The notes under the pieces are model-generated. The model worked only from the letters and a program-made list of their open reading frames with translations, searched no databases and had not been told where the DNA came from. From Parasitella parasitica NRRL 2501 (lineage: Eukaryota; Fungi; Mucoromycota), in contig MU619373.1 of the NCBI GenBank assembly GCA_025201805.1, positions 1-64,000 of the forward strand: a DNA stretch of 64,000 nt, read 5' to 3'. Numbering within the stretch: position 1 is the stretch's first letter; every line of letters begins with the position of its first letter. The position numbers and the translations under genes are program-made. Positions 53,514 through 64,000 of this stretch are shown here, piece by piece.

Positions 53514-54201
53514 GTTTCGATCTTTTGTGTGTGTGTGTATGTTTATGAGAGAAATATAAAATTCCCCCTGTCAATTTGCTGAAATTTGTAGTTACAGCTG
53601 TCATTTAATAAATTCAGTAGACATGTCTCTTGCTTGAACCACCACACTTGATATCAGAGCAAACATCATTTGGCATAGCAAACACAAAATCCCGATAATC
53701 CCATGGATATTGCAAACATAAGATTTAAGACTTTTATATGCAAAACATTTATATTTTTTAAATTAGCTGCAGAAGATAAGCATACCCACATGGCATTTTT
53801 GATAGCCTGTCGGCAAAGTTGAGAGCATGCATCTTGGTAGCTATATATCTATAATTAATTTCTATTTTCTATCCATCTGCCACTATCATTCGAGACGAAA
53901 ATAATAGTAGATTTTAGATTTTGCGGGTGGCGAATATTGACCCAACAACGAAAACAGGAGTAAATCACATACTGTATTTGGCAGGTTATCTTGGATATAT
54001 ATATATATGTATTTAAGCTCATAACAATGAATTGATTGTCTTGCAATTGAGTAAACGTTTATACAATGTTTTCAGAAGCATCTTTATATAGTATTGTGTT
54101 TATGTTGATTATTGTATAAATATCATGGTGGAATGCGAATCGTTACTTTCTTGTCTCATCAATATTTCTCTCTACACAATACCCGCCAAAAAGAACTGAA
54201 A

Positions 54202-55238
54202 ATGCGCCCCTTGTATATTATTTTACTACTGATTGTTGCATGTATAAGCAGTGGATATGCCTATGAAAATAAAACCAGTAATTCTCTACTACAAGAACGC
54301 AACAACGTAGGGACATCTGTGAAAGACGACTGCGCGGATGATCCAAAGCCTACTCCAAGCTCAGATAAAAGCCCATCTACCGAGGATGATGGGGATTGCT
54401 GCGAAGAACTGCGTGAAAAGTACAAACTAAAGTTCCAGCCACAAGTAATCGGAGCAAGTATTCTGCTGTTGTCCACAGGCATTTATCTGCTCGTTTATGG
54501 GTTTGCAATGTTCCGAATTACAATTGGGATAATAGGCTTCATATTTGGAGGTAAGACAAAAAGTATATGTTATATATCACATGTGTAGCTGACTTGTTAC
54601 GTACTATAGGTGCTATTACTTGGATAGGTCTCCAAGCAAATGAACCAACACAAAGCTACCCAAATGCGTCCAATCTTTACATTGGTATCTGTGTTGCGGT
54701 GGCGGTAGTGGCTGCTCTCATCTGTGTTGTATTGTACAAAATGGGTCTGTATCTCTTTTGTGGTATGGCAGCTACGTTGCTGGCCCTCTACTTTTGTTGC
54801 TGGAGCGAGAACTTTTTCTTTCCCAACATATTCCATCGCACCTTATTCACTTTTGGCGTAATATTCTTATTCATTCTTGGTTTAGTCTTTCTGGAATATG
54901 CGACGGTCATCGTGTCCCTGGCCTTGGTGGGTGTCCACATGCTCGCTGTGGGCATTGATTTGTACGTAAAAACCGGTTTTCTCAAAGGCATTGAAGTGCT
55001 ATTGGATTTCAATCAAGAGCGTAATCTCCACAGTAAGCTTCAACTCAACACGCTGAAATTCGGAAAGAGAAGCGCGCCTGGTGTGTACCATCCTGACTGG
55101 AAGACTCACACTATGATGGGCATTATGATTGCTGTGTTCTTTCTGTCCGTGGTGCTCCAAGCATGGATGAACAAGGGAAATAGATTCGGCCTTCGTATAA
55201 TTAGAAATTCCAATGATACTTTACATAAATTAAAATAA
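54202..55238 (+). CDS. TMEM198/TM7SF3-like (DUF4203) membrane protein with signal peptide
   Basis: Signal peptide, GIYLLVYGFAMFRITIGIIGFIFG, ALVGVHMLAVGIDLYVKTGF; intron 54551-54609. Confidence 0.85.
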
Positions 55239-55342
55239 ATTATTGCTTATATATATTTATATTTACATACTTGTGTGATTTTCGCGCTTGAAAGAAATAT
55301 CAATGTTCTAATAGCATAAAACTCATTGATTAAATTTTAATA

Positions 55343-55381
<39 letters not shown>

Positions 55382-55426
55382 GTTTAGCTCTTTATGTTAA
55401 TGAATTGCTGTACAGATTGAAGATTA

Positions 55427-58400
55427 TTAAATAAATTTGCGAGAAGATCCCCTTCGTTGGGGATTCTGTTTGAGATAAAAGATGTCCTGAATATCTGGTT
55501 TTTGAGAATGGGTCATGCAGCCTTGAATAATGGTCGTATTCGCAGTTGTATGAAAGTGTGTTAATCTGATTTGATCACCTGGTATAATCTGTACAAGGTC
55601 GCCCTGGAAACAAACATGAGTGTATATGACGACAAAGATTAGAATGGCACATACCGTATCAACATGGCGCACTTCGATAAATTGAGGATCGAACGCGATA
55701 ATATAAGGATGCTGAAACACAATATTGTCAGGGTTTCCTTCCCATTCGCACAGCAAAGGTAACCTACGACAAGTGAGTACATGCTGTAATTGATAAGCGG
55801 AATAGTGCAACTTACTTTTGAGGTCCTCTCTGCACCAAAGATCCATTTCTGTTATTCACATAATAAGCAAACTTGTTGTAGCACAACATGAATTTATCAT
55901 GCACACGATACATCGCAAGTGGTTTAAGAGAGTCGGACTGACGATGCACAAAATTAAACTGTGGATCGCCTTTATCTGGAATATCTCGGCCTCCTACACT
56001 CAGGTTTTCAGGGTCAATGATTTCAAATCCACGATCGCACACAATAAGCAGCTTGGATTTCAAAAAGTGAACATTTGTAGACTCTGCACCAATATAGAAC
56101 TCCTATAAACAAATGTCAGCTGCGTTATCTTCATTTCAAAGTATGCAAACCTTGTACTTCTTAAACCACGAGTGGCTCGATCGATTGCCAATCATGAAAC
56201 CAGTCTTTTGGACAAGGTACTTATGATTTTTAGGATCTCTTAAATCCAAATGAGGCTCCAGTGATGTAAATACGCTGGATGTGTTTTTCTTTTTTTTGAA
56301 TACCACCAGCTCCTTGTTGTTGCAGACACCAACCTGAAAAAAATGCACATGTTGGCCCAATTCTTGACCGAGTTTTTTTGGTGATTTCGCATTGAAAGCT
56401 GTGGACGTATTCAGCAGATCCAGAGGATACGCTTTTAAAGTTTTATCTATGGTGGAGCGGGAGTGGAACATTTAGATTTATGTGCAAACTATTCAGTACT
56501 TGCGGATGTACCTGCAAGGACCAGAAGAATGTTGAATCGTTCCAAAACTGCCAGTTGCGTTACGTTGTCACTTGATAATACCTTTCGGTTGCCATGCCCA
56601 TTGAGATCTTTGAAAAAAATGCCTGTATCTGTGCCTACAGCTAGTTTTCTCTTGTTGTTTGTGGAAACTGCCAACATTAACATGTTAAAACTATTTCAAC
56701 ATGTACCGGTGTGGAATACATACCAAAAGGCACCGTGCAATTCACTCTTCCGTTTTTAGCGGATCCACTTCCGGCTGCAGACGTGTACCTGAAAGAAGAA
56801 TTATCCAAGGAAATCACATTGAAGACATCTTCTCCTAAGCGTTTCTTTAACAAAGATCTTGCCTCTTCAATCGCAGCAACCAATTTTTGCTTTTCATCTG
56901 GAGTACATGAAAAAGTGTAATCCCCGCCTCGCTGACCCAAATGATGAAATGTCAAAGGGATATAGCTAGCCGATGCGTAAGAAGATGGGCTATGAAGGTA
57001 GCTATTTGTTGTACTAGATAACAGATATCGCGTCGAAGAAGAAGACGCTAATATATTATGACTAGAACTAGATTCGCTTGCACAGCTGACATGAAGCATT
57101 TGCAGAGGAATAGGTCTTCTCCAAACTCTATATTCATCCATAGGCTGTGTGGCTGTCGCTGTTTTTCTCACTTTGGCCATTAAAATCATATGGTCGAATA
57201 CAAAGAGGTGAATGTCTGACTTCTCCGTTACTTCGATTCCATTGCTTCGTCGTTTGACATCACATTGATAGTATAATCGACGCTGAGGGTCTGTCAATTG
57301 TAGATCCTGGAATTCACCTTGCTTAAAGGTGACCGCGTCATTAATCTCCAGTATCTCGACTCTTTTCTTGAATATTTCGGCCATGCTATCTGATTGTGCT
57401 GCTACTTTTTTCACCATATCGAGACACTTGCTAAGATAAGTGTGGTCCGGATGATCTTGATCTGTCTTTTTAAGTATAGCCTCAAGTAAGAGTGGGTAGC
57501 GCTGCATCCGGGTAACTGGATTGAGCAAAAAATGACGGAACGCGAGTCTGCGCATGCGTTTACTTTTCTCGACTTGCACTATAAACCTTTCAAAATCAGG
57601 ATTGTTTCGTTCCTCCTCTTTAACAAGGTATTCAGCAAGGGATACTCTGGGACAGTATTGACTGAAAGGGTCTTCGAAATACGCAAAATGCTTGATCAAT
57701 ATGTCACCAATCATCGGAACACATTCATGCTCATATTGATGTTGCAATTCCAAGAGATCGTCCAATAGAGCTGTGCTGACTTCAATAAGCTCCTTGAAGT
57801 TTCCAAATACTTCATGCACAAATTTTTCTCGCTTTTGCGCGGAAGCAATGATGGATTTCTTGAGTAAAGGTGCTACGATGACTTCCGACAAGGTATTCAG
57901 ATCTCGTTTGTAAGCTTCCTCAGAATAAATCATTTCGTTGATAGCTTCTTGTCTCGCGATTTCTTTCTTTGACAGATTCTCCAGTAATTTTTTTGGCACC
58001 TTCTGAGCCCATGCCATTTGCGGCTGTGTACCGTAAGCAGTACTGCTGTTCATTTGATCTGAGTGAGGACGAGATCTAGTGGCTGCTGCCGGCGCTGTTG
58101 GACCTTGGATGTCAAATTCCATGGCAAACACCTCTGGTTTATTTGGGCACCGTGGGGAGTAGCAGCCGCCTTTACCAGGAATACATTCGTATGAATAGCA
58201 TTCCAACAATCCGGTTAAAATACCTGTAGGGACGTCCTCAAGCATCATGTCCTCTGGCAATGTATAATACTCGTCCGATGAATTGAATACAGTGCCTTGA
58301 ATAATCGATTTTTGAGAGTAATGAATAGGCTCGAACAGTGGAGGTTTTGACTTCATCAACGTATTGGCAACCTGTATACAATAAGCTTCTGGAATACCAT

Positions 58401-59513
58401 CTAGTAAACTGTACAGCATTTTCTACAACAGAGACATATTAGCGGCGATAATCAAATGAAGGATTCTAGTGAACATTACGATTGCTTCTTGTCCGGTAAA
58501 TGATTCAGGATACTCGTTTGCACAGAACAATTCACGCACGTTTTCCAAGCCTCTCACACGTTTCATGAATGCTTTGCTGAGCACAGATAAAAAAGCAAAA
58601 GCTGGTGGTTTACTGTTAGTAGCAGTAGTAGTAGTAGTAGTAGTAGTGGTCATTGGCGTACTGCTACCATTAGTCACAGCAGGGGATGTACAAGACGGAG
58701 TGGCCAAAGAGGTACTGAGAGAATGGTACAGTTTGGTATCGCTTCCTACCTTGCTACTGTCTGATTGACTATGCTTCAGCGAGTCATCAAGTCCCGTAGA
58801 CATATTATTTGCGGAATCAGTAGTAAATGTAGATGAACTACTATCACGGCAACTACTGTTGTCAGCATAGGCAGCTGTTTTTTCTCCCAACAGCTGTTGT
58901 CTCTTTTGACTCGAAGCCAAGTAAGTGCTTACATAGTCTGAATTCGTATTGTATCCAGAATTTGAATAAAAGGATGGCTCGTGATGCGAAACAATATAAG
59001 GTGAATATGAAAATGGGTGTGTTGGTGGTACAGCGTATGGATGAGGTGTAGGCATTGACATGCTTGGTTCCACAAGAGTTGCAGATGTGGGTACTGCTGG
59101 TCGAGGAGGAGGTCTTGGTTGTTGTTGTTGCTGTTCTTGATTTTGTATGTAATAAGAAGTTTGTGGTGATGGCGATGCGATATAATTATTGTACCTACTA
59201 TCATTCTCCTAATGTAACATGGCAATAAGCATGTGATCTTTCACGATTGTCCCTCAAAATTTAGACAACTTACATAAATAGGTCGGTAAGTGGTATTTGC
59301 TCTACTAACCATTGTAGGCGATTGCTGCCTTTGTGGTGATTGTAATGAATAGGCTCGAGCGGTTGTCGGCATGGAGTATAAAGGTTGCTGTTCAGAATTC
59401 AGTTCAGAAATAAAGGAATCTACATCACGCATTAGGCCATTTAAGCTAGAATCCAATGTATCTCCCTCATTTGCTGTTCCAGCATGTTTGGGTAATTCTG
59501 GTTGATTCCACAT
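55427..59513 (-). CDS. Rho1 guanine-nucleotide exchange factor, Rom1/Rom2 type (DEP-DH-PH-CNH)
   Basis: EYPESFTGQEA (DEP), RQEAINEMIYSEEAY and LLNPVTRMQRYPLLL (DH), LFVFDH...RRPIPL (PH), WEGNP...HPYIIAFDPQFIEVRH (CNH); multi-exon. Confidence 0.92.
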
Positions 59514-62310
59514 TATATTTGAAATGAAGCAAGACCGAAATTTGACAGACAAGCAAGAAAAAGAAGAGGAAGAAAAGAGGTCGGGATGGTCACGAATGGC
59601 TAAATACGGTACCTAGAAACCAACATCCAAACAACCAAAACCCAAATGTTAAAAAACCCAACCAATAATTTACATTGAACCGTTTGAATCCTTTAAAATG
59701 CCATCTGTAGTAATTATAATGGGACAATGCAATTTCAAGCATGTCTTATTTAGCAGCATGCAGAGGCAACGATGTGTCCTTCTTCTCAAGTGGCTCCCAG
59801 CTTGCGTGCTGGGACCGCCATTGGTTTTCTGTGCATACAGCCAAGAATGTCTCAGTTTTAGAAAACCAGATACACGCATGATAATTCGCTTTGATTCAGT
59901 GGGCAGAAAAGGTACGCAAAATATGCTCAAGTGATCGGTCAATCATTGATTGAATCTGATGATTGCATAATCTTGAACTTGTAGATATTATGAGAGAACC
60001 ATGCGTTTTTATTAATTTTCTGAAAGAAATATTATTTACCTTTACAAATATAGCATCATCAGATTTCTTAATATAGAGTGATTCATATACCTTTTAGGCT
60101 TTTCAGAATGTACACGTTTCACGGTGAAATCCTCAATTGTAAAGGCACTATAACAGCATGCCCCAAGTGAAAATCACACCTTTTAGCCTGTTAATGTGGC
60201 ATTTTTCTCACTATTTCAGAAGAACATATACTCCTTTTAGCCTGTTGAAGTGCTTAAGACTTTACTAAATGATTCCCCAAAGTTCATTGTGATAATCTGA
60301 CGACTTATCACCAAAAAAATAGATGATAATAAAACCATCGATTTTCAACGATAGGCAAAATGAATAGAAATTACAAAATCTCAAGTTTGACCACAATAAC
60401 GCACCGTTCGTATTATTTGAAACATTATATTTTATATTGATTTTGATACCTGATTGCCATTTTAGGTATGAATTATGAAGTTTCAGTCGAAAAATGCATT
60501 TTTCTTTAATCGTAGATTACTCAAGTTTTTTGTTAGACACTTTTTTTATTATGTATACTATTCGATGCAAATTTTAAGGCTTTACATAATTACTTATCAT
60601 TGTAACATATGTTGTATTATTATATTTTAGAGATATTGATTAATTTGTGTCAACGAATCCAAATTGTCATCCGTGAAACACATCTGGCAAAAAAAATCGA
60701 TATCGGAGATTGCGCCCAACAGTAGCAGCAGCAGGTTTTAGCTGGTGCCAAGCATAAAACGCCTCATTAAGAGGATTGAGCGAGATAAAAAAACAATTTG
60801 AAGAAGATTATAGCAAAATTATTAACAAAGTCGTAAATTTCAGCACCAGTAAGCTTTGTTCTAAAAAATACTAGTATCACCAGCTTCCAATGAGTTCAAA
60901 TGTAAAAGACCATTTTTCTAACTGTGGCAAATTAAGAATTCACTATTGCGAACACATCATAGAACAATATTATGTTGCATACATACTGATTGGTTTCAAT
61001 GAATAAAAATAAATAAATACATTCATTATGTGAAAACTATACCTTGTCTAATTTTAAGATTCTCATCACCAAAAAGAATCATTCAATACTATAAGAGGCT
61101 GTGATAAACATAGGATTATAAGCAACTGATCTCCTTGTATATTAGACTAATCAGATCAATTATCTCATAGCTTCCATTTTATACGTGCGAGTAACGAAAA
61201 GGAAAACCCAAGAATCGTTTTATCAATTTTTTCTTGGCCTACCATATCTCTAACTGCGTCTATTATTAATTCAATAGTTGTACGTATACAGAGTATCTTT
61301 GGATATATATGTCCTTAATTTTGATTTCCATGTTATGGGGAAATACAAGTTACCTTACCCAATTGTAGCTCTAACCTCCTGTCTTATTATTGTCCGTCAA
61401 GGTTTAATGTCATCCTCTTTAGATTTTACACTGCCTGAAGAATTTTCTCTACTAATTGTTCTCTGCTAGATGATTGACTTTAAATGCGGTGTATGCCGTT
61501 ATAGTAGATGAAGTTAATAAGAAATGTACACGACAATGATAGAGTCGCAGATGCGGCTATAAAAACAATGTAAATATATGTACTGCAGATAATTTACTTT
61601 TGGAGAAAATAGATAAAAATAAAATGAGCTAGTCTATATGATCAAGGGTCTTTGCAGTTGTAGCCGTTGGTATGACAGAGCCATTTTGAGCTTATCGCAT
61701 TTAAATCCATATGGCTCCCAAGTTGAGACTCTTGTTTCAGGAAAATTATCATGAACAAAAGTCTTGAGATCAATGATTAAAAATCTGAATAATGCGTTAT
61801 TTTAGACAGTGGGGTTATTTCATAATTTCAGGCTACTGAAATGAATCAATGGATTGCAAAAAACGAGAGAACTTCATTATGACCTAAAATTATACCTGTG
61901 TCCATGAGTTCCTCCACAAAAATCAAAACACAGGTATAAATTTGGATAAATATTTTATGCAGTATGTATGTGCTGTGGTTTAAGCATGATATTATATTTG
62001 AACTACCCTTTTAAGGATGTAGGCGTGATTCCGGAAGATGATATATACATTATGTGAGTACTATATCTTGGGAAGTAGATTTTTGATCTGAAGATTGGTA
62101 TGTTATCGATAAAATGATCAATTAAAGCAAGTTGCGATTACCAAACAAACCAAAAACACCTCATTTGTGTACCCAAATAACACAGCTTGGGTGCTGTGGT
62201 TTTTGTTGTTATCACACGACCGTATTAAGCATTGTAACCAATTGATTAAAAAAAAAAACCAGACGATATTACTTCACTTCTTTTTCTCACTTTCTTTCTA
62301 ATCCATTTGA

Positions 62311-64000
62311 ATGAACTATTACAACAACAATAGAAAACGTGAACACCATCACTACCAACAGCACCAGCAACAGCAGCAACCAACACCAAAATTGTACATG
62401 GACATTTTCGAGCCACCACCACAATGGGTACCTTCTGTCAGCAACAGCAACATCAACAATGCCAATTCACAGTCAGGTTTCCACGCCCATTCACCTACTC
62501 ACAGATCACCTATACAGCATCATCCATCATTATCCGAGATAGTGTTTCAAGAATACAATAGTCCCTCTGATAGACAAGAAGGCAAGTACAATGTAACCCA
62601 TTTACACAAATGGCGCATTTTGCTAACATAAAGATAAAATAGGTCCTGGAGTATTTCAACAAAACCGTCGAAGCTATCCATTTGCATTACAACAGCAAAG
62701 AGTCCAGCAACAATTGCAGAAAAAACGCCTTCAGGAGCATTTGCAATTCAAGAAGCAGCAGCAGCAAATACAGGAACAAGATGGCCATCACCATACAAAA
62801 GCTAATTCCATAGGATCAGCACATGATTTTGAATCTGCGGCTTCTTCACCATACACAGTTTCTACCAGTCCCAAGTATTTGCAATATGATGACATTGACG
62901 AAGATATCGAAAGCATCAATAGATCAATGTTCCGCAATCAACATAACCACCGCCATCAGGCAGATAATATTAGCATTGCTACGTCCCTATTTACAGCAGT
63001 AGAGCATCTAGGAAATGACTCGGAAGAAGAAGACAGTAGCTCGACAGAAAACCAACGACATGGATTTGTAACCACCACAGTCACAAACCAGGAATCACAG
63101 GATTCAGTCAACGAAGTTATGAAAAAGCTCGATATTCAAACCTCCATTCAGTGGGACGGTATATATTCATACATGATTCATTTCATTTGACTGTAAAATT
63201 CAACATCTCTATAGATTACAAACCACAATATCGATTATTGAATGAATCTTATGACAGCGTCAAACAAGGTACGCACATGCATTAACTGTTTTTTTTTACT
63301 CCTCCATACTAATTCAGGGCTTCTTTTTGTAAGACATCTACAAAGAAATATTTGGTACAATGCAGAAGATGCAAGAATTAGACTACAAATTTAATACTGC
63401 CAAAGCAACATTTCATTCATCAATGGAGGAAAACTATGAGCAAATGTCAAGTCAGCTGATATCTCAATGCTACACATTGAAAAAAGAGAAGCTCGAGTTT
63501 GAGACTAAGACGAAAACAGGTATTATATTCGCAAGGTTTGAATGATGTAGAATTCTAATTTCTATACATATTATGCAGATGAATCAACCCAACATTGTCT
63601 ACCTAAAAGTGGAAAGATTCGACTAAATGTTGGAGGCGGCATATTTGAGGTGAATACTCTATCTATTTGGTATACATGTATCTTATATATCCATGATGTA
63701 TAGACATCCTTGAGCACTTTAAGACGTGATACAAATTGTCTATTGGCTACCATGTTTTCCGGAAGACATCTCATCTCAGCAGAACCAGATGGATCCTATT
63801 TTATTGATCGTGATCCATTGCATTTCAGGCTTGTATTGAATTATCTTCGAGATTTGAGGGTTTGTTATCATATATGTAATCGATTTGATTTTGCTCAGTA
63901 GTTCTGATCTGCTTTTTTTTTTTTTTATTGTGTCCATGTTAGATACCACCAACTATTCTTGAAGATACCAAAATGTAAGTGTTCCTATTGTGTTACCTAA
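62311..64000 (+). CDS. BTB/POZ (KCTD/T1-type) domain protein, 3'-partial
   Basis: KIRLNVGGGIFE|TSLSTLRRD...LATMFSGR...DGSYFIDRDPLHFRLVLNYLRD; runs off the window. Confidence 0.85.

Noticed and set aside
60088-60246. Short direct repeats CCTTTTAG(C/G)CT
   Set aside because: There are only three short copies with irregular spacing; not a CRISPR-like or otherwise interpretable array.

Overview
Eukaryotic, AT-rich fungal DNA with short GT-AG introns; the gene content and repeat types suggest a Mucorales (Mucor-like) genome, which is an inference. The first ~11 kb is an accessory, transposon-rich island. It holds the terminus of a CACTA/EnSpm-type DNA transposon that cuts off a two-ORF non-LTR retrotransposon (ORF1 and ORF2 joined by a TAATG stop-start overlap), and that retroelement lies head-to-head with a tRNA-Phe(GAA) gene. 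The island also holds a cluster of divergent paralogous genes resembling the Hda2/Hda3 (SF2 helicase lobe-2-like) domain: two intact tail-to-tail copies around a small orphan ORF with a DSGYSS motif, plus a probable third decayed copy. The rest is mostly ordinary genes: a HAD-IIA phosphatase, a TMEM242/Aim11-like protein, a C2H2 TF, a SAM-polyQ-HMG-AT-hook protein, Rpr2/Rpp21, a WWE-like protein, a UDP-galactose transporter, a PITH protein, ERG6, STE12, a Zn2Cys6-polyQ TF, an ankyrin protein, a Kin1/MARK-like kinase, a DUF4203 protein, a Rom2-type RhoGEF and a partial BTB protein. A Crypton/Ndc10-like recombinase relic and a two-module dispersed repeat are interspersed. Family assignments come from motif recognition by eye, not database searches.
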